A DNA stretch of 64,000 nucleotides from NCBI GenBank assembly GCA_022841645.1, contig JALHRC010000004.1, forward strand, positions 4,078 to 68,077. The letters run 5' to 3'. Position numbers and translations under genes: made by a program. How positions within the stretch are numbered: position 1 is the stretch's first letter; every line of letters begins with the position of its first letter. Below, one piece after another: positions 1 through 9,964 of this stretch. The notes under the pieces are model-generated. The model was given only the letters and a program-made list of their open reading frames with translations, did not search any database and was not told where the DNA came from. The DNA is from Minisyncoccota bacterium (GTDB lineage Bacteria; Patescibacteriota; Minisyncoccia; Phycocordibacterales; UBA918).

Positions 1-2
1 GG

Positions 3-98
3 GTGAGAAATGGGGTGGGACCCATTTCGCAAGACTCATTGAGAGTCTTTATGAGCTGGCGATATAAAGAATCCAATGAGTGGACAGAATCTGTAAGA
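3..98. repeat. Copy 1 of a ~95-nt structured repeat (cut by the window start): GTGAGAA + 7-bp hairpin + CGCAAGACTCATTGAGA ... TCCAATGAGTGGACAG ... CTGTAAGA
   Basis: Near-identical to 61513-61606. Internal 8-nt inverted repeat ACTCATTG/CAATGAGT. The 5' hairpin (AAATGGG/CCCATTT) occupies the same position as the GAAGTGAC/GTCACTTC hairpin in copy 2. Confidence 0.5.
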
Positions 99-260
99 TT
101 CGCGAGCACTTAGCGGATTTAAGCGAAGCGTAAAATCTGCTTAGTGACTCGTGTGGACAAGGCGTGCCTTAATACTAGCCGCGTCCAACGTTCTTATAAG
201 CGTAGCGAGTTAGCACCACAAGAGTATTTCCATTTTCATAGTCGTTTCACTCCTTGAAAA

Positions 261-695
261 TTGGTCAAAAAGCGGGACGATTCTGGGCTGGGTCGTAACA
301 ATGACTGCTATACTAACCTCATCATGCTCGACCACCTCACCCTCCGCGTTCCAAACATTGAAAAAACCATCACTTTTTACTCGGCCACCCTAGCCCCACT
401 TAGGTATACCCTCTCCTTCGATCAAACATTTGATGGTGTCCGCGTGGTTGGTTTTGGTAAGGATGGAAAAGTTGATACCTGGTTTACCACCGACACTCCT
501 GTAAGTGCACACTGCCATATTGCCTTTAAAGCAGACTCACCTGACGCCGTTGACACGTTTTACAAAGCTGCGCTAGCAGCCGGTGGCAAGGATAACGGTG
601 CACCTGGACTACGACCGGAATATCACGAGAGGTATTATGGTGCTTTTATTTTTGACCCCGACGGTCACAATATTGAAGCCGTGTACGGAAACTAG
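261..695 (+). CDS. VOC-family (glyoxalase/bleomycin-resistance fold) protein; the true start may be the internal Met near 324
   Basis: 144-aa ORF with a VOC-like beta-alpha-beta-beta-beta pattern (HLTLRVPNIEKTITFY ... GAFIFDPDGHNIEAV). Confidence 0.55.
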   Translation: MVKKRDDSGLGRNNDCYTNLIMLDHLTLRVPNIEKTITFYSATLAPLRYTLSFDQTFDGVRVVGFGKDGKVDTWFTTDTPVSAHCHIAFKADSPDAVDTFYKAALAAGGKDNGAPGLRPEYHERYYGAFIFDPDGHNIEAVYGN

Positions 696-802
696 CGTGG
701 GTTGATTAGAGCAGTATTGAGTTATGCTGAAGTAAGTCTATTTGAGGATGGTCAGTCAGTATTGTCTCGCCACCTCTCTAAAAATCCCTTACAATTACCC
801 TG

Positions 803-1564
803 ATGAATCTCATTACTCTTAACACCTGGGGTGGTCGTGGCGGGCATGCCGGCCTCATGAGGTTTTTTCACGATCACTCTGGTACTGATGTTTTCTGTCT
901 GCAAGAAATCTGGGCTGGGGGCAACAACGAAATGGTGGGTGTTGTGGCTGGGGGGCAGCCGCTTATTGGTGTCACCACCACACTTCTGGAAGACATCCAG
1001 GCTGTCCTAACTGAGCATCACGTTGTATTTCATCCACATTTCCGTGACTACTACGGACTAGCTGTTTTTGTAAAAAATAAGTACTCCCTTCTGGCTGAAG
1101 GAGAAGTGTTTGTGTATCAAAAAAAGGGTTACGAGTCGACTGATGAGCCAGGCAATCATGCTCGAAACCTTCAGTACGTTACCCTAGAAACAACATCCGG
1201 ACCGCTGACTATCATCAATTTTCACGGGCTTTGGAACGGTCAGGGTAAAACCGATACCCCCGAGCGAATACAACAATCCGTTAACATCTTTGAATTTACT
1301 AAGACACTCACCACTCCCTTTATCATAGCTGGTGACTTCAATCTGCGCCCCGACACTGAAAGTCTTGCTCTCTTAGAGCGCGCTGGTATGAGAAACTTAA
1401 TCACCGAATATAACATCACATCGACCCGCACGAGCTTGTACCAAAAAGACGAACGGTATGCTGATTATGTACTTGTGAGCGAAGGTATTTCGGTAACTGA
1501 CTTTGCGATTCTCCCAGAAGAAGTATCTGACCACGCTGCTCTCTCGCTGACTTTTACACTCTAA
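803..1564 (+). CDS. Endonuclease/exonuclease/phosphatase (EEP) family protein
   Basis: 253-aa ORF. Start MNLITLNTWGG, later FCLQE and a C-terminal SDHAALS motif, typical of the EEP fold. Confidence 0.55.
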   Translation: MNLITLNTWGGRGGHAGLMRFFHDHSGTDVFCLQEIWAGGNNEMVGVVAGGQPLIGVTTTLLEDIQAVLTEHHVVFHPHFRDYYGLAVFVKNKYSLLAEGEVFVYQKKGYESTDEPGNHARNLQYVTLETTSGPLTIINFHGLWNGQGKTDTPERIQQSVNIFEFTKTLTTPFIIAGDFNLRPDTESLALLERAGMRNLITEYNITSTRTSLYQKDERYADYVLVSEGISVTDFAILPEEVSDHAALSLTFTL

Positions 1565-2255
1565 GCACCCACCGTTCCAACCCCACCGCCATCTCCCTCT
1601 TCCCAGCGTGCGCGTCGTGGTAGAGCGTAAGGAGTTCACTCGAGAGCTGCTCCACTTCCTCAAGGGAATATTTCCGTAGCGCCGCTTTCGCCTTTTTATA
1701 GGGAAACTCCTTCATTCCGGCTTCCTCAGCGCTTTTCGTAATCGCGGCGAGGCGCATAGCCTTAAGCTGATACCACAAAGACCCGACAATTGCCTCGGCC
1801 GCCATCCCACCCTGAAGTTCCTGTACCAGCACGATCCATAATGTCTTTTTATCACGCACCGCAAACGCGTTTCCGAGCGCAAACGGGTCGCTTTTTTCTT
1901 TGGCGCCAGCTTTGTATTCGTTGAAAGAGGCTGCGTGTTTTTCCAGCTGCTTGCGGTAGGCGGCAAGGGGCGCCTCGTCGATGAGAATGAACGTGTTGGA
2001 CGAGGCGGCTAGTTCTGGCAGGGCGTCTGCTACGGTAGTAGCAAAAAGCTCGTCGACTGACGGGGTGTCGAGAAGACAGACCATTGCCTCACCAAACAGT
2101 GAGACGCCGCTAAGGAGCTGCCCGAGTGCCCCCTCTTCATACTGCTCTGCCTCTAAACGAACGGGTGCGACGCCGGCTTCTTCAAAAGGCGCGAGTGCAG
2201 CGAGCGCCTTTGTACGGACAGTGACTGTATCGCTACCACAAAAAACGTGAAGCAT
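1554..2255 (-). CDS. holA: DNA polymerase III delta subunit-like (HolA-like)
   Basis: 233-aa ORF with a HolA-like pattern (LFGE..VCLLD, LW.QLKAMRL, C-terminal LLTLYHDAHAGK). Lies next to polA. Confidence 0.45.
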   Translation of the reverse strand: MLHVFCGSDTVTVRTKALAALAPFEEAGVAPVRLEAEQYEEGALGQLLSGVSLFGEAMVCLLDTPSVDELFATTVADALPELAASSNTFILIDEAPLAAYRKQLEKHAASFNEYKAGAKEKSDPFALGNAFAVRDKKTLWIVLVQELQGGMAAEAIVGSLWYQLKAMRLAAITKSAEEAGMKEFPYKKAKAALRKYSLEEVEQLSSELLTLYHDAHAGKREMAVGLERWVLRV

Positions 2256-2262
2256 AGGATAT

Positions 2263-4671
2263 TTAGGAGCGGGAAATCTCGTAATTGGTCAGCTCCGCCC
2301 AATTATTCCCCACCGCCGCTTCAACCCTTAGTGGCACGCCATAGGTCTCCCGGTCACGCAGTACCCCTTCCATAACTGCGACTAGGTGCGGGAGTTCAGC
2401 CGCCACAACGTCCTCCTTCACTTCAAATACTAATTCGTCGTGTACTTGAAGAAGCATCCGCACCACGTCTGTCTTGTTGTTTTTTTTGAGATAATCGTAC
2501 ACTTCGTTCATGGCAACACGCATGACATCGGCAGCCGTACCTTGGACCGGCGCATTGATTGCCATGCGTTCGGCACTGGCTCGAATGAAGGGCTGGCTGG
2601 AAGTAATGCCCGGAAACTGCCGGCGGCGACCAAACAACGTTTCGGTGTACCCATGTTTGCGCGCGTATTCCTTGGTCTCTTCAAGATACTCCGCCAGGCG
2701 CGTGAAGGTATTGAAGTAGGCATTGAGGAACTCTTGTGCTTCTTCGCGACTGGTCCCTTCGCCTAAGTTGCCCCGCAGTGCCACTACCCCCATACCATAG
2801 AGAATGCCAAAGTTGATCACCTTGGCCTTGCGGCGCATTTCCTTAGTAACCTCGGTGGCGTCCACGCCAAACACGCGAATGGCCACCCCGGTATGAACAT
2901 CCTCGCCGCGGCGGAAGATGTCGATGAGTTTCATATCGTGGGATAGAATGGCCGCAATCCGTAGCTCGATCTGCGAGTAGTCGATCGAGACGATGCGGTA
3001 GCCGGGCGCCGCCACAAAAGCCTGACGGATAGCGCGACTTTCAGTTGTACGAATGGGGATGTTCTGTAAGCCAGGATTTTGCGTGGCCATACGACCTGTT
3101 GCCGCCCCGGTTTGAATGAAGGTGGTATGAAGACGGCCATCGGGTGCGACAAAGCCGGGGAGGTTGTCGACGTAGGTAGAGACGAGCTTTTGGAGTTCGC
3201 GGTAGCGCAAAATCTGTTCGATGACCGGGTGTTCGCCCTTCAACTTTTCAAGCTCCGATTCCTTCGTCGAGCGCTGTCCACCGGCCGTCTTTTTTTGGTT
3301 TTTTGGTTTGAGACCAAGGGTATCAAACAGAATGTCGCCAAGCTGCTTAGGGGAATTGAGATTAAACACCACTCCCGCATGACCATAAATGGCGGTTTCG
3401 AGAGTTTCAAGTTCAGCATGCATAGTGACCGATAAGGTCTTTAGATAATCAGTGTCGAGGAGAATGCCATTCTCTTGCATGTGGTCAAGAACCGTCATTA
3501 ACGGTTCCTCAATATCGAGGAACAACTGCCATAACCCCACACTTTTAAGTCGCTCTTCTAAGAGCGCAATGATTTGTGACACATCCATGGTGTCGAGAAA
3601 CGCCCGACCGTATTCCATAATATCTTCGACTGAGGCGTTGGTGCGCTCACTTTCAAGGAGCCAAAGAAGGACGGCGGCGCGACGCACGAGTGTGGGACTA
3701 ATCTCACCCGCACTATGCCGCGCTGCCTCTGCCTCCATAACACCAAACAAAGTCTTCACTCTCCCGGTAAGGGAGCGGAACCCAAGCTCGGTAAAAAGTG
3801 CCAGTATAGCTGGTGGGTCGGCGTGGGTGCGCCAGGCAGTTTTTTCAAGCTCGAAGTTAATCGGCGCGTCGGTACGAATCGTCGCCAGCATTTTGGAAAA
3901 CCGCGCCTCTTCTTCTCCGTTTTTGAGGAGCTCGATAATGCGTGGCTTGATACCGGCCGCCAGAAAGGCTTCGTCACCCTTCTTTAATTTTTTATAAATA
4001 GTGTCAAGGTCGCCAAAATGCGTAAGGAGGTCGGTGGCAGTTTTCTCACCAATCCCGACAATACCAGGAATGTTGTCACTCGTGTCGCCACGCAGACCTT
4101 TGTAGTCGGGTACGTGTTTGGGCGGAAATCCAAAGCGTTCTTTAACGGCCACTTCATCATACAAAATAGTGTCCTTAATTCCCTTCTTGAGGGTATAAAC
4201 CGCCACCCGCTTACCGTCAACACACTGCAGTGTATCCATATCTCCCGACGCAATAATAACGCGGATTTCTTTTTGGGTGCGCAATTCGTGGGCGATGGTC
4301 CCAAGAGCGTCGTCGGCTTCAAAGCCCGGGTGTTCGTAGATAGGAATGCCGAAGCAAGCAAAAATAGCGCGCGATCGCTCAATCTGCGCAACCAGTCCAT
4401 CGTCGGTTTTCTCCCGTTTTCCTTTATAGGCCGCAAAGGCAGTGTGACGATAGGTGGGCTCGGGTAGGTCGTAACAGGCGGCGATATAGTCGGGCTTAAA
4501 TTCCTCGATGATGCGCAAGAGCATAGTTACTACACCATAGAGCGCCCCTGAAGGTTCGCCGGCCGGCGTCGTAAAGTCCGGAAGGGCGTGAAATGCCCGA
4601 TGTAAAATAGCGTGAGCATCTAGGAGCACTAGGGTCTTTTGGTCATTCCCTTTCCCGGCGGATTTTGCCAT
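2263..4671 (-). CDS. polA: DNA polymerase I (5'-3' exonuclease + polymerase domains)
   Basis: 802-aa ORF. N-terminal FEN/5'-nuclease motifs (LLDAHAILHRAFHA, GIPGI.GIGEKTA). Family A polymerase motifs (RRxAKxxNFGxxYG; VHDELVFE). Confidence 0.9.
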   Translation of the reverse strand: MAKSAGKGNDQKTLVLLDAHAILHRAFHALPDFTTPAGEPSGALYGVVTMLLRIIEEFKPDYIAACYDLPEPTYRHTAFAAYKGKREKTDDGLVAQIERSRAIFACFGIPIYEHPGFEADDALGTIAHELRTQKEIRVIIASGDMDTLQCVDGKRVAVYTLKKGIKDTILYDEVAVKERFGFPPKHVPDYKGLRGDTSDNIPGIVGIGEKTATDLLTHFGDLDTIYKKLKKGDEAFLAAGIKPRIIELLKNGEEEARFSKMLATIRTDAPINFELEKTAWRTHADPPAILALFTELGFRSLTGRVKTLFGVMEAEAARHSAGEISPTLVRRAAVLLWLLESERTNASVEDIMEYGRAFLDTMDVSQIIALLEERLKSVGLWQLFLDIEEPLMTVLDHMQENGILLDTDYLKTLSVTMHAELETLETAIYGHAGVVFNLNSPKQLGDILFDTLGLKPKNQKKTAGGQRSTKESELEKLKGEHPVIEQILRYRELQKLVSTYVDNLPGFVAPDGRLHTTFIQTGAATGRMATQNPGLQNIPIRTTESRAIRQAFVAAPGYRIVSIDYSQIELRIAAILSHDMKLIDIFRRGEDVHTGVAIRVFGVDATEVTKEMRRKAKVINFGILYGMGVVALRGNLGEGTSREEAQEFLNAYFNTFTRLAEYLEETKEYARKHGYTETLFGRRRQFPGITSSQPFIRASAERMAINAPVQGTAADVMRVAMNEVYDYLKKNNKTDVVRMLLQVHDELVFEVKEDVVAAELPHLVAVMEGVLRDRETYGVPLRVEAAVGNNWAELTNYEISRS

Positions 4672-4745
4672 GCCACCAGTATACTCGTTCGCACTATAAG
4701 CGGCCAGGAGAGGGCTTATGACCTATACCATAACGCCACCCTGCG

Positions 4746-5186
4746 CTATTCGCTTGAGCTAATCGTCCTCGTGCCGTCAGGCCGGAGCGTTAATTCAAAG
4801 TAGCGTGTATGAGGAGGCAAAACATCTTTGATACGATCGGCCCACTCGATACACACCAAGGTGCGGGACTGGCCAAGGACTTCGGAGAAACGTAAGGGGG
4901 CGAGCTCGGCAAGCGATTCAATCCGATAGGCATCAATATGCACGAGAGTAGCAAACTGGTCGTGTGTTGTAGCGTACGAGCGCATGATGAGATAAGTAGG
5001 GCTCGTCACGACGTCTGTCACGCCCAAAAGTTTTGCCACGCTCTGCGTGAAGGTAGTTTTGCCAACCCCCAAATCGCCGATAAGCGCCACTACCGTAGCG
5101 CCCTGTGGGTGTGGTGAAAGACTCGCGAGCGTCGCCTCTACGTAGTCAGCGAGGGCGGCAAGCGTCGGTAGTTGAGTAGTCGACAT
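4746..5186 (-). CDS. tsaE: tRNA t6A biosynthesis ATPase TsaE (YjeE). Start placed at the internal Met to avoid overlap with divergent pilB
   Basis: P-loop GDLGVGKTTFTQ followed by SPTYLI, diagnostic of TsaE. The ORF track runs to 5309. Confidence 0.65.
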   Translation of the reverse strand: MSTTQLPTLAALADYVEATLASLSPHPQGATVVALIGDLGVGKTTFTQSVAKLLGVTDVVTSPTYLIMRSYATTHDQFATLVHIDAYRIESLAELAPLRFSEVLGQSRTLVCIEWADRIKDVLPPHTRYFELTLRPDGTRTISSSE

Positions 5187-5255
5187 TGGTACCATAACAG
5201 TACTATCGGCACCAGCATCTGTCACGTCGCGCATGCTACAATTTTTTATATCATC

Positions 5256-6944
5256 ATGGTGCAATTTAACGACCATCTCGCGAACGAACGTCTCTCCGAA
5301 CTTCGTCATGAGGAAGAGGAGCGGGTAATCGCTACCCAGGCAGCCCAGTACGGTTACCCGTATATCAACTTAAACGGCTACACGATTAATCCCAATGCCC
5401 TCTCCGAAATCCCGGAGGCCGTAGCGCGGGGAGCTAGCGCAGTAGCCTTTGAGCGCGCTGGCGCCCAGATCAAGGTGGCAGTGAAGAATCCCAGCCTACC
5501 TGAGGTGGCTACCATGCTGACGCAGCTCCAAAATAAGAAACTCGTTCCAGCCATCTATATGTGTTCGAGCAAGAGCCTCGATCACGCCTGGGAGCGGTAC
5601 CGTGACCTTTCTATAACCAGTGCTAAAAAACGTGGGGTGTTTGACTTTGACCCTGAGAACATCGCTCGCTTCTCTACAGCCGTACGGGCGGCTACCGATG
5701 TCGCAGACATCATGAAAAGCATCGGCACCATCAACAATGCTCGCCGTATCACCGAAACCCTCGAGCTCACGTTCGCCGGAGCACTTTCACTCGGCGCTTC
5801 TGACATCCATATCGAACCCGAGGACGGCGGCATTCGCCTCCGCTACCGCCTTAATGGCGTGTTGCGTGACATAGTTGACATCGACGCCGGGCTCTATAGC
5901 CGCCTCATGTCGCGCCTCAAACTGCTGGCGGGGATGACCCTCAATAAAAAACTGGGGGCGCAAGACGGTCGCTTTACTTTCTCAATGGGCGAACATGAAA
6001 TTGAGGTGCGCGTCTCAGTGATTCCCGCCGCCCTTGGCGAATCGGTGGTGATGCGTCTTCTCGATCCTTCCGTGGCGAGCTTTAGCCTCGATAAACTACA
6101 GCTCTCCGACATCATGCTACGCGTGATGAAAGTGGAACTCAAGAAAAAAACCGGCATGATCATCACTTCTGGTCCTACTGGTTCGGGCAAGACCACTGCC
6201 CTTTATGCCTTTTTGCGCGAGAAGCACACCGAGAACACCAAAATTATTACCATCGAAAATCCGATCGAGTACAAGCTCGACGGTATCGTACAAACACAAG
6301 TAAGCGAGGACTACACCTTCGCCTCGGGTCTCCGCTCGATCCTCCGCCAAGACCCGAACGTCATTATGGTGGGCGAGATCCGCGATAGCGAAGTGGCTGA
6401 AACGGCAGTGCGGGCTGCGCAGACAGGTCACCTCGTGTTCACTACCCTGCACACCAATAACGCAGTGGGTGGGTTTGCCCGCCTCACCAACTTGGGTGTC
6501 GACCCCCGTATTTTTAAAAGCGCAATCAATATCATGCTTGGGCAGCGCCTCATCCGTCTTTTGTGCCCGCAGTGCAAAACGACGAAACCAGCGAGCGAAA
6601 ATGAACGAACGATTGTCGAACGTGTGCTCTCCGACCATCCGGAACCACCGACTATTCCCTCGCCGCTTACGCTTCACATTCCTGGCCCGGGTTGTGCGCT
6701 CTGTAGCATGAGCGGTTATAAGGGCCGCATCGGTATTTTTGAGGCTATCCTGATGGACGACGCCGTCGAGGAAGCGATTTTGCGTGACCCACGCGAGCAA
6801 GTTATTTTAGAAGCCGCCATGCCACAAAAAATTCCCTCCATGACGCACGATGGAATGGTGAAAGTACTTTGTGGCGATACCTCATTTGAAGAGCTCGAGC
6901 GCGTGGTCGAACTTCCAAGGCGCGCTGATGACCCACTGCCGTAA
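5256..6944 (+). CDS. pilB: Type IV pilus / type II secretion ATPase, PilB/GspE family
   Basis: Walker A SGPTGSGKTT, Asp/His boxes, C-terminal tetracysteine CPQC...CALC. The ORF track begins at 5172; 5256 is the first Met after the tsaE start. Confidence 0.85.
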   Translation: MVQFNDHLANERLSELRHEEEERVIATQAAQYGYPYINLNGYTINPNALSEIPEAVARGASAVAFERAGAQIKVAVKNPSLPEVATMLTQLQNKKLVPAIYMCSSKSLDHAWERYRDLSITSAKKRGVFDFDPENIARFSTAVRAATDVADIMKSIGTINNARRITETLELTFAGALSLGASDIHIEPEDGGIRLRYRLNGVLRDIVDIDAGLYSRLMSRLKLLAGMTLNKKLGAQDGRFTFSMGEHEIEVRVSVIPAALGESVVMRLLDPSVASFSLDKLQLSDIMLRVMKVELKKKTGMIITSGPTGSGKTTALYAFLREKHTENTKIITIENPIEYKLDGIVQTQVSEDYTFASGLRSILRQDPNVIMVGEIRDSEVAETAVRAAQTGHLVFTTLHTNNAVGGFARLTNLGVDPRIFKSAINIMLGQRLIRLLCPQCKTTKPASENERTIVERVLSDHPEPPTIPSPLTLHIPGPGCALCSMSGYKGRIGIFEAILMDDAVEEAILRDPREQVILEAAMPQKIPSMTHDGMVKVLCGDTSFEELERVVELPRRADDPLP

Positions 6945-7056
6945 TGGTAACGGGTACACTACTGCTTTGGAGATAGAAACTTCGTATGGTCAAGGCGACA
7001 GGCAGCACGGCTGTGCTATAGTCGGCTCGTACCGATGTTCTTCTCACTTCCAGAAT

Positions 7057-7179
7057 ATAACTCTCTAAGCAAAACTTCGGAGAGAAGGTGAATGCCGCGC
7101 TAAGAAAATTGGTCGCACTCTCACTCGAGGTGAGCGCCACCAGTCCCTCGCAACGCACTCGCGTTGCTTAGAGAGTTAT
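7057..7179. repeat. Perfect 16-bp inverted repeat (ATAACTCTCTAAGCAA / TTGCTTAGAGAGTTAT) enclosing ~91 nt with internal hairpins
   Basis: Arms at 7057-7072 and 7164-7179. Interior has CTCAC-TCGAG-GTGAG and other stems. Lies downstream of pilB in a 580-bp ORF-poor interval. Confidence 0.6.
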
Positions 7180-7525
7180 CGTCTGGAAGAAATATAAAGC
7201 TTTCGTGTCGTTCTCCTGGTTACAGAAGAGGAGCACGCGAGCGCGCTAAAAAGAGCAATAAAAAGTCGTGTCGAGTCCGACACGTGAGAACAGCTATTTA
7301 CCTATCTATCTTAGCATACTCTTAATAAATTGTCAATGCCTCGGCTTTTTACCCTCCCTTCACAACACCCTACGCTATTCCTTCAGCCCCCCCACCCCAA
7401 CATTACGCCCTCCAGGAACAGCGCAGTGTGTCGTTTTGGGATAACATCAGCTCAACTTTGCTGCTTACTCACAGCATGAGACAGCGCCCCGGCGTAGGCC
7501 GGTTTTTGTTATACTAAGGCCACTT

Positions 7526-8518
7526 ATGGAGCCTTCCACCACCCCCATCACTCGCGAGGATGCCGGCAGCCTCGACCGCACGCTGCGGCCGGAGCGCTGG
7601 GAAGAATATGTCGGTCAAGCCAAGATTAAAGAAAATCTGCGGATTTTGCTTACCGCTGCTAAAGGTCGCGGCCACGCCGCGGAGCACATTCTCCTCTACG
7701 GCCCGCCGGGTCTCGGGAAGACCACCTTGGCGCACCTAATCGCGCGCACACTTGGCACCACCATGCGCACCACCTCGGGCCCCGCGATCGAACGGGTGGG
7801 CGACTTGGCGGCTATCCTCACCAACCTCTCCCCGGGCGATGTTCTTTTTATCGACGAGATCCATCGGCTTTCAAAAACCATCGAGGAAGTGCTCTACCCT
7901 GCCATGGAATCGGGTGTGCTCGACATCATTATTGGTAAAGGGCCATCGGCCCGTACCGTGCAGCTCGATCTACCACCCTTTACACTAGTGGCGGCCACCA
8001 CGCGTATCTCTCTCCTCTCCGCCCCTTTGCGTTCACGCTTCTCCGGCGGTACGTTTCGACTAGAGTTTTATACTGATGAAGAGATCGGGCAGATTCTCAG
8101 TCGTTCCGCCGGTCTTTTGGGTGTCGAGGTGCCGGCGCCGGTCGTTGCCGACATCGCAACACGTGCACGGGCCACGCCGCGAACAGCAAACTACCTCCTC
8201 AAGCGCTGTCGGGACTTGGCCCAACTTGAAGGTGGAGCTTTGAATGAAACAATTGTTGAGCGTACCTTTACCCTACTTGAAGTCGACCGTTTGGGCCTCG
8301 GGGCTCCCGACCGTGCAGTGCTCGATGTCATCATCAATAAATTTAACGGCGGGCCAGTGGGCCTTACCACCATCGCGGCCGCCACCGGTGAAGAACAATC
8401 AACCATCGAAGACGTGATTGAGCCCTATCTCATCCGTCAGGGCCTTATCGAGCGCACCCCGCGTGGTCGCGTGGCGAGCCCCGCTGCCTACAGTCACTTA
8501 CAAAGCTTTTCAAAATAG
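7526..8518 (+). CDS. ruvB: Holliday junction branch migration helicase RuvB
   Basis: AAA+ Walker [10 protein letters not shown], Walker [10 protein letters not shown], sensor motifs. 330 aa. Confidence 0.92.
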   Translation: MEPSTTPITREDAGSLDRTLRPERWEEYVGQAKIKENLRILLTAAKGRGHAAEHILLYGPPGLGKTTLAHLIARTLGTTMRTTSGPAIERVGDLAAILTNLSPGDVLFIDEIHRLSKTIEEVLYPAMESGVLDIIIGKGPSARTVQLDLPPFTLVAATTRISLLSAPLRSRFSGGTFRLEFYTDEEIGQILSRSAGLLGVEVPAPVVADIATRARATPRTANYLLKRCRDLAQLEGGALNETIVERTFTLLEVDRLGLGAPDRAVLDVIINKFNGGPVGLTTIAAATGEEQSTIEDVIEPYLIRQGLIERTPRGRVASPAAYSHLQSFSK

Positions 8519-8524
8519 ATCGCC

Positions 8525-9061
8525 ATGTCCGGACACAACAAATGGTCAAAGATCAAACGCAAGAAAGCCACTGGCGACGCTCACAAGAGTCGGCTCTTTA
8601 CCAAGCACGCCGCAGTGATTGCGATGGAATCACGTAAAGCCGGCGGCAACCTCGCCTCACCCGGACTTGCTGCCGCCATCACCCGCGCCAAAGCCGACGC
8701 AATGCCCAAAGATAATATCGACCGAGCAGTGGCTAAAGGCAAAGGTGCCGACGGAGCAGCGCTTGAGGCAGTGTTGTTTGAAACGTTTGGTCCTGGTGGT
8801 ACCGCCATCCTCATCACGGCGGTTACCGACAACAACAATCGGACCAGTCAGGAGATCAGACACCTTCTCACCAAGGCTGGCTACAGCCTTGGTGCACCAG
8901 GCTCGGCGGCATGGGCCTTCCAGAAATCTAGTGAGGGTTACACACCCACCTCGCCACTCACCCTTTCCGACAGTGACGGTGAAGCGCTCGCGGGGCTTAT
9001 TGAAGCACTGGAAGAACACGACGACGTGCAGGATATTTACACCACTGCCGATGGCGACTAA
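8525..9061 (+). CDS. yebC: YebC/PmpR-family transcriptional regulator
   Basis: Starts MSGHNKWSKIKRKKA, the canonical YebC N-terminus. Confidence 0.85.
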   Translation: MSGHNKWSKIKRKKATGDAHKSRLFTKHAAVIAMESRKAGGNLASPGLAAAITRAKADAMPKDNIDRAVAKGKGADGAALEAVLFETFGPGGTAILITAVTDNNNRTSQEIRHLLTKAGYSLGAPGSAAWAFQKSSEGYTPTSPLTLSDSDGEALAGLIEALEEHDDVQDIYTTADGD

Positions 9062-9069
9062 TCCTTCCT

Positions 9070-9549
9070 ATGCGTGTTTTAGCAATTGACCCTGGGTTCG
9101 ATCGACTCGGCGTGGCGGTACTTGAGCGTGGGGAGGGCCGCGAGCGCCTCATGTATTCGGCCTGTCTCGGGAGTCAGCGCGGCACCCCACTACCCGAGCG
9201 CCTCCACGAACTCGGCGTGGCGCTCGCGGCCCTTTTCAAAACACACCAGCCCACCCACCTCGCGATCGAAACTCTGTTTTTTAACAAAAATGTTAAAACT
9301 GCCATCGATGTAGCGCAGGCACGCGGCATGGTGCTCTATTTGGCCCGGGCGGCGGGCGCGATAGTCTGCGAGTACAGTCCCCAAGCAGTAAAGATTGCGG
9401 TTACCGGCTACGGCAAAAGTGACAAAGCCTCTATGACCGCTATGGTACGTCGGCTTCTGCCTGAAGCGCCCACCTTGGCACAGGATGATGAATACGACGC
9501 CATCGCTGTCGGGATTACCTGCCTTGCACATGTGGGCCGAGGTAGGTAA
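9070..9549 (+). CDS. ruvC: Holliday junction resolvase RuvC
   Basis: MRVLAIDPG...; catalytic Asp/Glu pattern (IETLFF; DAIAVGI). Confidence 0.85.
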   Translation: MRVLAIDPGFDRLGVAVLERGEGRERLMYSACLGSQRGTPLPERLHELGVALAALFKTHQPTHLAIETLFFNKNVKTAIDVAQARGMVLYLARAAGAIVCEYSPQAVKIAVTGYGKSDKASMTAMVRRLLPEAPTLAQDDEYDAIAVGITCLAHVGRGR

Positions 9550-9616
9550 AATCCTCGGGACCTCGCTGGTTGCCCGGTGAGTTATTTCTACCAACGCTAA
9601 CCTTCACTATTCATAT

Positions 9617-9892
9617 ATGGTATTTCGCGCAGATGAGGATGTTCTCGCCGAGGATGAGGAAATGGACGACGAGGAAGCCACCCTCGCCGACGATATTCTC
9701 GATGAAGTGGGCGAAACCGAAGATGATGCGGGGCCTGAGGATATGGAAGGCTTTGGTCACCTCTCGGACGACGCCGCTGAAGAGCCTGAGGAAGAGACTC
9801 CCGCTGAAAAAGCTGAAGACGAGGCCACGCCTTTAGAAGAAGATGCTGAGGACGTAGACTTTGACACCTTTGACGACGTAGACGAACTCTAG
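9617..9892 (+). CDS. Highly acidic low-complexity 91-aa protein
   Basis: About 45% Asp/Glu. Followed directly by a strong terminator. Function unknown. Confidence 0.35.
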   Translation: MVFRADEDVLAEDEEMDDEEATLADDILDEVGETEDDAGPEDMEGFGHLSDDAAEEPEEETPAEKAEDEATPLEEDAEDVDFDTFDDVDEL

Positions 9893-9913
9893 ACGGGAGT
9901 GGGTAGTAATAAA

Positions 9914-9950
9914 CAGCAAAAGGGCACGCGATACGCGTGCCCTTTTGCTG
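9914..9950. terminator. Bidirectional intrinsic terminator between convergent genes (17-bp perfect stem)
   Basis: CAGCAAAAGGGCACGCG-ATAC-CGCGTGCCCTTTTGCTG. Confidence 0.75.
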
Positions 9951-9964
9951 ACCTGGGTTTTTAT

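Noticed and set aside
2440-4467. Several 60-180-aa ORFs on both strands inside polA
   Set aside because: They are embedded in a continuous 802-aa ORF with full PolA motifs and are spurious frames.
5172-5309. ORF-track starts that make tsaE and pilB overlap by about 140 nt
   Set aside because: Internal Met codons (tsaE at 5186, pilB at 5256) give proteins of canonical length and a normal 70-bp divergent intergenic region.
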